64,000 bases of DNA, from the NCBI GenBank assembly GCA_963663405.2, contig CAXXSM010000153.1, forward strand, positions 1 through 64,000. The letters are read 5' to 3'. This DNA comes from a bacterium. Lineage in GTDB: Bacteria; Hinthialibacterota; Hinthialibacteria; Hinthialibacterales; Hinthialibacteraceae. Below the pieces are notes generated by a model. It worked only from the letters and a program-made list of their open reading frames with translations. It searched no databases and was not told the origin of the DNA. Positions 53,467 through 64,000 of the stretch are shown piece by piece. Each line of letters starts with the position of its first letter. Position 1 is the first letter of the stretch. The position numbers were made by a program, and so were the translations under genes.

Positions 53467-54615
53467 TCATAAATGCCAACGGATGACGCCGTTGATGAGG
53501 GTGTCCGGTCCAAACTGACGGTGCTGAATCCGTTCGAGCCGGATCGCTTCTTTCATTGTATCCGCGCCTTGGCCCATGTAAAACGTGGGAGCGTCCTTTC
53601 CACCGACTAATATGGGGGCGATGAAAATAAAAACTTCGTTGACCAAGCCCGCTTCGAGGAACGCGGTATGGATCTGGGGGCCGCCTTCGATGAAGAGGCT
53701 GAGGATGTTTTTTCTTGCCAGATGGTGAAGAATCTCCCGGAGATCGACTTGCTGTTCATCGCCTGCAATTTCGATCACACGCGCGCCCCGGCTTTCAACG
53801 CATTCGCGGCGATCAAGAGGCGCCAAGGGGGAGCAGAAGAGCCAGACAGGTGCTTCAGCGTTGGTATTGAGGATTTTGGATTCAAGAGGGATCTCACAGA
53901 GCGGATCGGCGATGATTCGGATAGAAGGGATAAACTCAATCCCGCTGGATTCAGGCTGACGGGCAGTAAGAAGAGGATCGTCTGACCGAACCGTGCCGAG
54001 TCCAGTAAGAATAGAGCCGGTTTCCGCGCGGAGTTCATGAACGAAGGCGCGGGCTTCGGGGCCTGTGATCCATTTTGAATCCCCCGTGCGTGTGGCCAGT
54101 TTGCCATCCAAAGACGACGCGGCTTTGAGGATCACCCAAGGAAAGCCGCGTTCGTGCCGGTGGAAAAAGAAACGATTCTCGTACCGGGCTTCCTCTTCTA
54201 ACAGGCCGGTTTCAACCTGAACGCCGCGTTCGCGCAGGATCTGAATTCCTTTTCCGGAAACTTCGGGGAAAGGATCCTGTATAGCGACGACAACTCGTTT
54301 AATGCCAGCTTCAAGAATGGCGTCAACGCAGGGGGGCGTAGAGCCGGTATGGCAGCAGGGTTCGAGTGTGACATAGAGATCAGCGCCTTTGGGATCTTCA
54401 CAGCAATGGTTGAGCGCGGCGCGTTCGGCGTGGGGGAAGCCTTTTTTTTCATGATAGCCTTCACCTATGAGGCGCTGTGTCTCTGGATGGACGATGACGC
54501 AACCGACACGCGGGTTGGGAGCGGTGGTAAAACGGCCTTTGCGTCCGAGTTCCAACGCGCGGCGCATAAAGAGTATATCTTGCTGAGAGAAGGTATGGCT
54601 GGGAGGCTGGTTCAA
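53467..54615 (-). CDS. ribD: Bifunctional deaminase/reductase RibD
   Basis: PNPRVGCV, HAE, TLEPCCH...PPC, SLDG, SKWIT and IEGG. Confidence 0.97.
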   Translation of the reverse strand: MNQPPSHTFSQQDILFMRRALELGRKGRFTTAPNPRVGCVIVHPETQRLIGEGYHEKKGFPHAERAALNHCCEDPKGADLYVTLEPCCHTGSTPPCVDAILEAGIKRVVVAIQDPFPEVSGKGIQILRERGVQVETGLLEEEARYENRFFFHRHERGFPWVILKAASSLDGKLATRTGDSKWITGPEARAFVHELRAETGSILTGLGTVRSDDPLLTARQPESSGIEFIPSIRIIADPLCEIPLESKILNTNAEAPVWLFCSPLAPLDRRECVESRGARVIEIAGDEQQVDLREILHHLARKNILSLFIEGGPQIHTAFLEAGLVNEVFIFIAPILVGGKDAPTFYMGQGADTMKEAIRLERIQHRQFGPDTLINGVIRWHL

Positions 54616-55430
54616 TGGGAGAGTTGACCGACTCCGCTGAGCCCGTACCGCTCCGCGAAGTTCACAATATCTTCCAGTATGTCCTCGGTCGGGCGGTCTT
54701 GCCGGACCTCTACGATAAAGGGACCGCGGTAATCACACTGACGCAATCCGTCGAAGATTTCTTCCCAAGGAAGGCGCCCCTGTCCCGGCGGGAGATGGTC
54801 ATCGGCCCGGCCCCGGTTGTCACTAGCCTGAACGGCGAAGATTTTATCTCCGAAGCTGGAAAGCACAGCGGGAAGGTGGCCACCTACAAAGGCGCGGCTT
54901 AGATTTAAAGAAAGCCCTACATTGGGCAAATCAATGTCCGAGATGGTTTCGTACAATTCCTTGGGATCACTGCCAAAGAGCGGGGGCTGGAAATTTTCGA
55001 CCGCGATCCGCAGATCACGGTCATCCGCGTAAAGGCTGAGCTCTTTCAGTGTCTTTGAGAGCTTCTCCCAACGATTTTCGGATTGACCGGCTTCGCATTC
55101 AATGCTGGCGGGATGAAATGTGACCAGGGAAGCGCCCATCAACATCGCGGAATCAAGCGTTTTCTGGCATGCAATTCGGGTTTCTCCCGACAGATCTTCA
55201 CCGGGAGCGGATAGATCCCCGACGCTGCTGGGAGCGTGCATAGAGATTTCTCGCAGGCGGATTTTGCGCAACGCCATCCCCACCCGTTGAACCTCTTCGG
55301 GATCGCTGATGTCAAGGTGCCTAAATGCGGAGAAGAGTTCGACCGACTCAATCCCGTAATCCCCCAATAAAGCCACCTTCGATAAGAGGGGAGAAGGCAA
55401 CCATGTGTAGGAAGAAACTGAAAGATACAT
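54612..55430 (-). CDS. Sugar phosphate isomerase/epimerase family TIM barrel
   Basis: SMHAP, TFHP, IAVEN and SDNRGRADDHLPPGQG. Confidence 0.8.
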   Translation of the reverse strand: MYLSVSSYTWLPSPLLSKVALLGDYGIESVELFSAFRHLDISDPEEVQRVGMALRKIRLREISMHAPSSVGDLSAPGEDLSGETRIACQKTLDSAMLMGASLVTFHPASIECEAGQSENRWEKLSKTLKELSLYADDRDLRIAVENFQPPLFGSDPKELYETISDIDLPNVGLSLNLSRAFVGGHLPAVLSSFGDKIFAVQASDNRGRADDHLPPGQGRLPWEEIFDGLRQCDYRGPFIVEVRQDRPTEDILEDIVNFAERYGLSGVGQLSH

Positions 55431-55612
55431 GTATTCGCCTCTTTTGCGCCTGCGCCCTAATTCTTTTCTTCCATGTTCAAAGAATAAAGTAACACGCCAT
55501 TCATTATGGAGGAAGTCTATCCCTCCGATTCTTTAGCTGTCAACCCCGTGAAAGCATTCAATCCTACGGGGCGCCGTATTATTATATACTATTATGGCGC
55601 CAACCTATAAAT

Positions 55613-56197
55613 ATGAGTATAGCACATAGGAGAAAAAACGAACGAATTATGAATTTCGTCCGCATTTATGTTTCACTAAAAATCCCGGACAACATCGCCC
55701 GGACCGCGTTATATACATTACGAACGCGTATGGGATATGAAACGCTGCGGCGTTTAGACCGGGCGGAATTTTGGGAAATTGGTTTCGAGGATCTCGAATC
55801 GGAGCGGATTCGGGAGATCGTGGAACGGTGGGTTTACAAAACCGCGTACTTCATGAATCCAAACAAACATCGCGTTCAAATCGACGCGCCGGAGAGAAAC
55901 CCGCAAGAAAACGCGAGGATTCAAGCGCGGGAAGACGCGGATGGTTCGATCTTGGTTTGCGACCGGATTGATGGCAAGGCGGAATCGACCTTGAAAGCGT
56001 TGACGGCCATGTGCCGGAGAAACGAATCTCCCGCCATGCTGCGGCGGGGGATGTGGTGGGATGTCTGTTTTGAGGGATTGGAGAAGGACGCCGTTCATGA
56101 CGCGGTACGCCGCATGGCCTCTACAACGAGCCGGGAAGAAGGTTTGTTCGCCAATCCTCACTACCAAGACGTTCAGATCTTTTTCGCGAATCCATAA
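55613..56197 (+). CDS. Tandem PurS-like domain protein
   Basis: Two repeats of D..A.TAL..L...L.R...W.......NP; the start may be MNF at 55649. Confidence 0.55.
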   Translation: MSIAHRRKNERIMNFVRIYVSLKIPDNIARTALYTLRTRMGYETLRRLDRAEFWEIGFEDLESERIREIVERWVYKTAYFMNPNKHRVQIDAPERNPQENARIQAREDADGSILVCDRIDGKAESTLKALTAMCRRNESPAMLRRGMWWDVCFEGLEKDAVHDAVRRMASTTSREEGLFANPHYQDVQIFFANP

Positions 56198-56257
56198 AGG
56201 GCGTACGAGTTTCGCTCCACCAGGCTCTCACAACCGCAGCGTCAAAGAGGGACGTCA

Positions 56258-57232
56258 ATGATTGATGCGATTGTTCTCCCCGATGAATCACGGATTGTAT
56301 CCGTTCCATCCGATGAATTCGCGCGTGTTTTAGACGTGATGGAGACCGCGTTTCCGGACACGGCGCGATCGTTTTTTTCTAACATCACATTGTTGGATCC
56401 CTGGTACCAGCCCCATTTCAGCCTGGCGGTCGAGAATGGAAACCTTTTTCTGGCTCACGCGCAGATTTTTGACCGGACACTGATATGGAATGAATCCCCC
56501 GTCCGGTTTGGCGGTATCGGCAGCGTGGGCACACGGCCCAATTCGCGAGGCCGTGGATACGCGAAAGCGCTGATGCGGGCGGCTTCCGATGTGATGGAAC
56601 AGGCGGGGATGGCGGGTTCTTTTCTTTACACAGAGATCCATCCCTTCTATGAAAGCCTCGGCTGGAAAACAATCCGGCAGTGGGAACAAGAGATTCCCTG
56701 TGAACCATTGAAACAATGGCGCCCCCCCCTCAGCGTCTATCGCCCCATCCGGGAGACAGATTATCCACAGCTGAACGATTTGTATACCCGGCAATCTTCC
56801 CGCATGAATGGGACAATGGAACGAACGCTGGAGTATTGGCGCGTCCGTCCGAAATGGATGAACCACACCGGAACGGCGATCGTTGAAGATGGACGGATCG
56901 CGGCGTATTTCTACGCGGCGAAATATAGGGAAGAGCAACCGGTAATGCATGTGACCGAATTTGGATTCAACCGGTTGGATGAATTCCTCTTCCGTTGGTT
57001 GTCCGGCGCAGCCGCCTGGAAAGCGGAAGAGATGGGATGCGATACAATTCGAGGATTGTTCCTGCCTGATCCCGCGTTCGGTTCGTTTCTGCAAACAGAG
57101 AATTTAATCTCCTGTGAAATGGAGAATACGTATATGATGTGGAAGGATTTTGGGCGGAGCGATTTTTGGGAATCGTTCCAGAAAGCGGCGGATGACCGGC
57201 GGTTTATCTACTGGCAGACGGACGCGTTTTAA
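56258..57232 (+). CDS. GNAT (Eis-like) acetyltransferase
   Basis: GIGSVGTRPNSRGRGYA and FYESLGW. Confidence 0.85.
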   Translation: MIDAIVLPDESRIVSVPSDEFARVLDVMETAFPDTARSFFSNITLLDPWYQPHFSLAVENGNLFLAHAQIFDRTLIWNESPVRFGGIGSVGTRPNSRGRGYAKALMRAASDVMEQAGMAGSFLYTEIHPFYESLGWKTIRQWEQEIPCEPLKQWRPPLSVYRPIRETDYPQLNDLYTRQSSRMNGTMERTLEYWRVRPKWMNHTGTAIVEDGRIAAYFYAAKYREEQPVMHVTEFGFNRLDEFLFRWLSGAAAWKAEEMGCDTIRGLFLPDPAFGSFLQTENLISCEMENTYMMWKDFGRSDFWESFQKAADDRRFIYWQTDAF

Positions 57233-57279
57233 TCCATTGGATCCATGCGGGATCCAGCGATTCATTCAGCAAACGAATT

Positions 57280-58392
57280 GTGAAACTATTTCAAAAATCC
57301 ATTCATAAAACTTCGATTCAATCGTCCGCGATCCGAAGTTTTCAATATTCCCTCGTCGCGGTGATTCTCGTTGTCGCGGGTGGAGCGGGGGGATTTTATC
57401 TAATCGAAATCTATAGCGTCCAGCACGGGTGGCTTTCGGTGGAAGACAATTTCGTTGAAAACCGTCCAATCTTGGAGGCGTTATATTGGGCTATCGAAAC
57501 GCTGACCACAACCGGTTATGGCGATATTGTTCCAAAGACATACGTAGGGAAAATCTTCGTCACTGTATTTTCCGTTTTGGGATTATTGACATTAGCATGG
57601 GCGGGAGCCAATGCGCTGGCGTTCATTGTGGAAGGACGATTGAGTGAGGCGGTGCGCGAGATGAAAATGGCAAAGGAAATCCATTCCCTAAAAGACCACT
57701 ACATTATCTGTGGATTGGGGCGTGTCGGGATGGAGGTGATCCGGCAGTTCCGGACATCACATGTAGACTATGTAGTCATCGATCAATCCAAAGAGGCGTT
57801 GGACGCGGCTCTGGAAGAGAACGAACTACGGATCGCCGGCAACACAACAAGCGATGACACTCTCCAAGCGGCGCAAATCGAAACCGCGAAAGGATTGGTG
57901 GCCTGCGTCCCCAGCGACGCGGATAATGTATTTACCATCTTGACCGCCAAAGGAATGAATCCCGACCTCTTTATCATTACCCGCGCTCAACAAGAGGCGT
58001 CACGCAATAAATTGATCCGGGCGGGAGCCGACCGGGTTGTCATGCCGGCGCTTATGGGAGGAATCCGGATGGCGAGTATGGCGCTGCGGCCGGCGATTGT
58101 CGAATTTTTGGATCATTCGTTCCAAATGTCCGGCGGCCGGGAACCCATGCTTCTGGAACAGATCCCCGTCGTGAAAGGAAGCGTCTTCGCGGGGAAGAAA
58201 TTGAGAGAAACAGATATCAAATCCAAAACCGACGTATTAATCTTGGGGATCAAGATGACAAACGGCGAAGTGCTCATCAATCCCCCATCGGACCACATCA
58301 TCCACCACGGCGATCTGCTCATCGGCATGGGCTATCATTCCCACTTCCAAGCCCTCCGCCGCCACCTCGGCATTCCGGAAGAAGAAGCGTGA
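57280..58392 (+). CDS. Potassium channel with RCK (TrkA-N/C) domains
   Basis: TLTTTGYGD selectivity filter and HYIICGLGRVG. Confidence 0.9.
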   Translation: MKLFQKSIHKTSIQSSAIRSFQYSLVAVILVVAGGAGGFYLIEIYSVQHGWLSVEDNFVENRPILEALYWAIETLTTTGYGDIVPKTYVGKIFVTVFSVLGLLTLAWAGANALAFIVEGRLSEAVREMKMAKEIHSLKDHYIICGLGRVGMEVIRQFRTSHVDYVVIDQSKEALDAALEENELRIAGNTTSDDTLQAAQIETAKGLVACVPSDADNVFTILTAKGMNPDLFIITRAQQEASRNKLIRAGADRVVMPALMGGIRMASMALRPAIVEFLDHSFQMSGGREPMLLEQIPVVKGSVFAGKKLRETDIKSKTDVLILGIKMTNGEVLINPPSDHIIHHGDLLIGMGYHSHFQALRRHLGIPEEEA

Positions 58393-58665
58393 GGGTAAGG
58401 GGATTAGGCTGAAGGTTGAAGACTGAAGGTATGCAAAGATTGGATGACAGATCACGTCTTTGAGGGATTTAATCTTATCGTGATTTAAATTGATGAGAAA
58501 AGAGATTCACTGTAATCATAAGGATTAATGAATGGTAGAACAGAATAATTACAATTCGGTATCAAACTTAGTTTTCTTGTGGATACCACACGTTCGCGTA
58601 AATCGAGTTATAAGAACAACTCAATGTCAAAAAGACTTGTTCGAGGTAATCAGTACAAGTTTATC

Positions 58666-59936
58666 TTAACGCATTAATTCCCAAACCTTAGAAAAAGATG
58701 GTATTCCTGAAAAGAGCAAGATATTATCAATTGATCTACTCCCATCACCATCTTCTGTCGCAATCCAAATACCAATCCTATCTAAACCTCTTGTAGTTCC
58801 TTGACGGAATTGGAAATCATCAGCGATTTTAACGGTTCATCCGGAAATTGGGCACATCGATTGAATTTTTAATAAAAAGTGTAATCGAAAGCCCTATGGA
58901 TCGTGACGTGTCTGTGGACAAATCTATCGATATTGCCCACAGCCACTTGGATAACGATAAAGCCGTTATCCACACGCTCCACAGTTATACGGATAATACC
59001 AATTCTATTTTTTTCTTTGTTAATAACTGATTGAATATTCTATACTTAAGAATCTTGAAAAACTTGCTAAGATTTAAAGAAATCCTTGTATTGATCATTT
59101 TAAAAAACAGATTGCAAAACACCCAATAATCAATATTCCGATAGTCTATTCAAAGATTAGATAATCATAGAATAAGATACACAAATATTTGACAGATTAC
59201 TTTTGACATTTAACAGATCACGGAGTATCGATGCTTTTTTCCTAGGAAATTTGAGGTATCACAATGATAAAACTTACAAAAAATGGTGAAATTTCCTAAG
59301 AAAAAACGCAATGCGCCCAATTTCCGGATGAGCCATTTTAACTTCAGTTTCGCCTTCTTTGGTTGCGAACAAATCATATGTATTTGCAGCGACATCTATG
59401 ATTGCGCGAATGTGTATTATTTTGCCGTCTGTATAATCGAAAGGTGTCAATGCGTCATAAGAACCTTTCCCAAACAAATTGCCATTATACGCATCAAGCA
59501 CTTCCTTCCCTTCTGACAAACGAGTTGAAACAGATAGTTCTTCCCACGTAATAGAAAGATCTCCAACAAGATCAAAATTTTCTGAATCATACACAGCGAA
59601 ACCAAAATCAACTGGACCTTCTAGAGCTTGTGTATCCCATGTAAGAGTTAGCAATCCTTCTGACTGCAAAGGAAATCCCAAAACTATAGAACCACCGCCC
59701 CAACCGCTCTGAGTCAAAACAGCAGACTCATTTTTGACGTTAAAAACACCGTCTGAATTACTCCCATCTTGCGACTCATAATAATTTAGTTCCCATCCAT
59801 TTTGTCCAATAAGTTGACCTTCACTATATCCTTGCGCCTCAGAGAAATCGATTTCTAACAAATTATCACTCATGACAGGCGAACATGTTACGTTTAAGAC
59901 AAATACCGCGAAACTCCACATCTTTAAAATTTTCAT
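58666..59936 (-). pseudogene. Secreted protein gene (253 aa when restored) split by a MITE; C-terminus SFSKVWELMR
   Basis: Removing 58834-59342 rejoins ...ATKEGETE-VKIADDFQFRQ...VWELMR in frame. Confidence 0.85.
58834..59334. mobile_element. Non-autonomous MITE, 501 bp
   Basis: 24-bp IRs gg(t/c)tcatccggaaattgggc(a/g)cat (22/24). 8-bp TSD attttaac at 58826-58833 and 59335-59342. No transposase. Confidence 0.9.
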
Positions 59937-60165
59937 TTTTATACTTCCCTTCTTATTCTTTTTATTCCGTTGTGATTATGGATTGTAAAAATAAAACTTT
60001 TAAAAAGTTATTAACTGGTATCTGATCACATCTTAAAACTTTTGTAAAGTGATAATCACATCTCCAATTACCCAGCGAACAATGACGGGAACAGCGTTTC
60101 TCACTAAACTTGAGTGATATTTATTCCTGCCAAAATGACCGTTTTTATCAAAAATCATTGATGGT

Positions 60166-62316
60166 TCACCGCCCTCTCGGGCGGCGATCGGGGGAATCCA
60201 ACCGCTTGACTTTTTCGTTGCCCCGTGTTGTGAATGTGATTGTATAGGGGGTATTCTCGAAACGCTTTCCATCCATCGTTCTCATTGAGCTGTCGAATTG
60301 GAGCCGGTAACGGGTTCCGGGTTTGAGACTTGCGCGCATGAAAACACGGGTACCGAGTCCAATCCGGTTGTATTGAAAAGCAGGCATTGAATCCATGCGG
60401 GGACGAAACCGGATTGAACGTTCGAACTTGGTGGGATCGACAGGCGCGTTTGTTTCAATAACGATCGGCTCTTCCTGGTTGATTTGAATGTGCGTATCTC
60501 CCTTTTCGGGAAACGTGCGCAGAATCATCGGGCCGGCGGTGGAGAATGTCAACACGAACGGCTCTTCCATTGGAACGCCTTTGGGGGTTCTCGCGTCCGG
60601 CGTGATGATGACGTTATAGCGGGTATTGAAGAGTAAACCTTCGGGAGCGTCCTGAAAGAGTCTCAGATGAAGAACATCCATGTCGGAGAGTTCGCTTTCC
60701 CGGTCGAAGAACGCGTCGAATGTGACCGGCGGTTCGATCCGCACGGCTTGTTTGACGGAATCCCCCGCCATCCTTTCGCTGAACCGGATGACGATATCGA
60801 TCAATTGATCGATTGGTATCCCGTTCGTTCCGATCCGGGGAAAAGAATCCACGACATAGGGGGGCTCCACATCGCGGCTCAGAATAACCGGCTCCAAGAC
60901 TTGAACCTGACCGGGCAGGACCGGGACCGCTTCGAGGTATTCGTTGTTAAATCCTCCTTTGGAGAAGAGGAGTGTATATGCGTTGACAGGTATATTTTCG
61001 AATTGAAATTCCCCATTCCCGCTCGTGACCGTGTTAAACTCGGTTCCCTCTAATGCGACGGTGATCCCGCCGTGATCGCTTTCTCCTTCCAGCAGCGCCA
61101 ATCCCCGGATGGAGCCTTCCCCTTGGTTTTCTTCGTCTTCATCTCGTTCGAGAAGGAGTTCCGGCGCTTGGGTGACTTGATCGGCGGCCACACGGAGACC
61201 GACAGCGCTGGCGGTGACGTATCCGGGATGTTCGGCGACAAGGGAATATTCCCCCGCGGGAATTCCCACAAACATATACCGGCCTTCCTTATCCGTCGAG
61301 ACGACTTGGGATACGCCTTCCAACCGGAGTATCGTATTCGCGTGTTCGGCCATATTGTTGAGATACGCCCGTCCTTGGAGAATCCCCAAACCTTCCGTCC
61401 GAAATTCTTTACGCAGGGTAATAAGACCGACGGTCTCCGAAGACGTCGCCGCGACGGGAATCGCGTTGGGAATCACCTCATCGAGATAGCCTTCATAGCT
61501 GAAAATCAGATTGTGAGGATTCGAATCAAGTTGGGTGAGTTCGAAAAAGCCGGTCGCGCTGGTGACGGTATATTTTTCGGGCACATCTTCGAGCGCGACA
61601 CGGATCCCGTCATAAACCGCTTCCCCTTCGAGAAACGCGGCGCCTCGGAGCAGATAGGTCCCCATTTCGATTTCGGGTTCTTCTTCCTGCGCCTCAATCA
61701 GGCCGGCGGACTGGAGCTTGATTTCCTGCACCGTGGTTTCTTGCCCCGCCAAGACTTCGATTTTATCCATCGAAGCGGGAAGCCATCCCTCATATAGAGC
61801 GATGATTTTATACGTTCCCGGAGGGACTTTCTCGATCATATAATGTCCCGTAGGGCTTGTGGATGTGGAGAGAACCGTTCCCACAAGAAGGATTGTGATC
61901 CCTTCATGGACCTGCTCACCCGTCAACGAGGCGAAGCCCGCGATCATTCCAAAGGGATTCTGTTTTTTGGAGAGGTCGACGGTTCCGAGAGAGGCCGCTT
62001 TTCCCCGGCGGACGATAATCTCCTCGCGGTAATCCTCATAGCCATCCATCTTTGCGACGACCGTGTATGAGCCTGGCTCCAGCTGGGTAATGACGAATGC
62101 GCCCTCTTCATCCGTGATGGCCCGGAATTGGGTGCCCGGTAAATACACCTGAATTCCTTCGAAATTGGTTTCCAATTCCAGATGAAAAATCCCTTCGAGA
62201 CTGCCAACGCCGGATTGCGAACAAGCATAAATCGTCAGGAAAAGGAGACCGGAAAGAAGTACTCCATATCCCTCGAAGAAAGACCGCGGAAAAGTGGTTG
62301 TGTATTGTATCTTCAT
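60166..62316 (-). CDS. Lipoprotein with carboxypeptidase-regulatory-like repeats and Ig-like (Big_5-type) domains
   Basis: Lipobox-like IYAC; five G.I.G......H.GI.V.L.G.....T...G.F repeats; DVEPPYVV...IRFSERM. Confidence 0.75.
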   Translation of the reverse strand: MKIQYTTTFPRSFFEGYGVLLSGLLFLTIYACSQSGVGSLEGIFHLELETNFEGIQVYLPGTQFRAITDEEGAFVITQLEPGSYTVVAKMDGYEDYREEIIVRRGKAASLGTVDLSKKQNPFGMIAGFASLTGEQVHEGITILLVGTVLSTSTSPTGHYMIEKVPPGTYKIIALYEGWLPASMDKIEVLAGQETTVQEIKLQSAGLIEAQEEEPEIEMGTYLLRGAAFLEGEAVYDGIRVALEDVPEKYTVTSATGFFELTQLDSNPHNLIFSYEGYLDEVIPNAIPVAATSSETVGLITLRKEFRTEGLGILQGRAYLNNMAEHANTILRLEGVSQVVSTDKEGRYMFVGIPAGEYSLVAEHPGYVTASAVGLRVAADQVTQAPELLLERDEDEENQGEGSIRGLALLEGESDHGGITVALEGTEFNTVTSGNGEFQFENIPVNAYTLLFSKGGFNNEYLEAVPVLPGQVQVLEPVILSRDVEPPYVVDSFPRIGTNGIPIDQLIDIVIRFSERMAGDSVKQAVRIEPPVTFDAFFDRESELSDMDVLHLRLFQDAPEGLLFNTRYNVIITPDARTPKGVPMEEPFVLTFSTAGPMILRTFPEKGDTHIQINQEEPIVIETNAPVDPTKFERSIRFRPRMDSMPAFQYNRIGLGTRVFMRASLKPGTRYRLQFDSSMRTMDGKRFENTPYTITFTTRGNEKVKRLDSPDRRPRGR

Positions 62317-62661
62317 GGTTCTTACTAGAATAACGAATGAGAGAAATCGTTTGGCACATATTTTTTTAATCTGAATGGGCAGGCCAAAAGATCTCTGTCA
62401 GACGAACCTTTAGAATCTCTCCTCGATGATATTCAATCCACATAAGGATATATATCCATCCTATCATTCTACCTTACCACAATCATCACCTTAAAATCAA
62501 ATAAACTATCATGATTGAGATCACAAAGAACAAATGAATGAGTGGTACGGGTCAAGAAATTGTAGCCGATTTTTAGAAGATCAGAAAATTATTGTTGGTT
62601 TATTCGGCGAGAGAATTCTTTTACAGGAAAGGATTCTGAGAATGATTCAGGTATTGAATCC

Positions 62662-64000
62662 TCATTCTTTGTTTATAAATTCTTTGGTTTCCTCTTTTGA
62701 CAGGAAAAAATTTTGGGGTATCTCGGATTTTAATAATGTTTTTTCCCCGATTTCCAGACGTTGCGCTTGGATGGCGAGAATTTCGGTTTCCCGTTTTCGG
62801 AGTTGGTTTTCGGAAATCAAGAGAAACCTTGCGTCACTTTTCACACCGCTGATATTGAAATCCTCACCGGTTGGATTGTAAACAAATCCGAGAACACGGT
62901 TGTTGACCGGCATCCCATAGACCGTGGCGGAATCTTTTTGGAACGAACGGATCAAGATTTGTGGAGGTTTGCCGGTCTTGTGCGCCTTGATTAACGTGAT
63001 AAATACAGCTTCTTTTCTTTTTTCCGTGGTTTCCGCTTTTAAGTTCCACTGTTCTTGATCGAATCCGATCGATGGGGGAACACAGCCGGCGTTTTGTGTA
63101 ATCTTTATATCCGCCGGCGTGACGAAAGCGATGCGCGCGGCGCTTTCCGCGTTTTTCGCTTCGATTTCAAACTGATTGCCGATGGAGAACATTTCGTTGG
63201 CGTGCAAATGAAATTGGAAGAGTGACGGTTCCGGAGCTTTCAGTTCATCGACGAGAATAAAAATATCCGGTTTAACGAAAAAGATATGCCGGGTAAATTG
63301 ATCCAGGCGGCCTTCATAAGCGTCCGCCGCTTCACCAGCGACATAATCCATTGTTTCCCCAAGATATTCACTGATGATTTTCCCCGTGGCGGAGGCGTGA
63401 TGTTTTTTCTGCCCCTGGCCGTTGACGGTGATGCAATTATCGGAAAGCGTTTCCCACATCCATTTTGTATGATGCTCGCTGCCATGCCAATCCCGGTGTC
63501 CCGCCCAGGTCAGCACAGGCAGGCCATACACGGAAAGCAGGAACGAATTTTGCGCGTTGAATCCGTGGCTTTGCGAACCAAATGGGCTGCTCTTAAATAA
63601 CAGATGGACATCATTACTGACGCTTTCCAGAATGGCATGGAGGGAGGCGATCCCCACACCATGAAAGATTTTCGACCGGGGAAGATCATATGGAATTTTC
63701 GACTCTATAACAGGCAGCCGCAGCCTCAATAGATCACCATAATTGGGCCGTTCAATCGTCTTCGTTTCCGCCGCTTCCCGCGCATACCAGAGCCAATATT
63801 CATTCCCGGCCTGACGAGCGAGAGTATTCATCAAAGATACGTTGTCAGCGGCGGCGCTCACATCGGCGCTGTCTCCAAAACCGCCATGAATAGAACCGAT
63901 AGGATTGACATAGAAAGGAAATTCTCCGGCTTTGCTGAAGTACGGTTTTTTGTATCCGTCTATATCGAATCCCGCTTTTAGAATATCCATCCACCACGTG
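62662..64000 (-). CDS. Heparinase II/III-family lyase-like protein (5' part outside the window)
   Basis: GFGDS, FKSSPFGSQSH...QNSF, NCITVNG and RHIFFVKP. Confidence 0.75.
   Translation of the reverse strand, partial: TWWMDILKAGFDIDGYKKPYFSKAGEFPFYVNPIGSIHGGFGDSADVSAAADNVSLMNTLARQAGNEYWLWYAREAAETKTIERPNYGDLLRLRLPVIESKIPYDLPRSKIFHGVGIASLHAILESVSNDVHLLFKSSPFGSQSHGFNAQNSFLLSVYGLPVLTWAGHRDWHGSEHHTKWMWETLSDNCITVNGQGQKKHHASATGKIISEYLGETMDYVAGEAADAYEGRLDQFTRHIFFVKPDIFILVDELKAPEPSLFQFHLHANEMFSIGNQFEIEAKNAESAARIAFVTPADIKITQNAGCVPPSIGFDQEQWNLKAETTEKRKEAVFITLIKAHKTGKPPQILIRSFQKDSATVYGMPVNNRVLGFVYNPTGEDFNISGVKSDARFLLISENQLRKRETEILAIQAQRLEIGEKTLLKSEIPQNFFLSKEETKEFINKE

Noticed and set aside
54616-55612. 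FMN riboswitch upstream of the rib operon
   Set aside because: No RFN consensus was recognised, and ribD overlaps the upstream TIM-barrel gene.
58894-58984. Chromosomal oriC suggested by DnaA-box-like sequences in an AT-rich region
   Set aside because: The boxes lie inside a TSD-bounded MITE within a gene, and no dnaA, dnaN or similar origin-linked genes are nearby.

Overview
A 64 kb bacterial chromosomal window from a diderm organism (BamA, Skp and Lpx genes). Housekeeping blocks are trkH, an HDAC-family gene, ilvE-mcsA-mcsB-clpC-bamA-skp-lpxD-lpxC/fabZ-lpxA, ruvX, rnc, ispG, nusB and the rib operon. These are interspersed with many small accessory insertions: a complete IS1-like element (8-bp TSD), a complete IS1111-type bridge-recombinase element inserted into a GTAG REP with target-matching guides visible in its 3' non-coding region, a 501-bp MITE that splits a secreted-protein gene, four families of palindromic repeats, intact and decayed toxin-antitoxin modules, a TIGR04255-led three-gene module, and a methyltransferase plus ATPase-TOPRIM pair inside the rib operon. 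The most novel-looking signal is a short C-terminal motif (about x-V-x-D-W-x-L/M-F/H) shared by four signal-peptide proteins, a candidate sorting or anchoring signal. LpxD lacks its catalytic motifs and IspG lacks its Fe-S domain. No rRNA, tRNA or CRISPR array was recognised. All family assignments come from reading motifs by eye, not from database searches.
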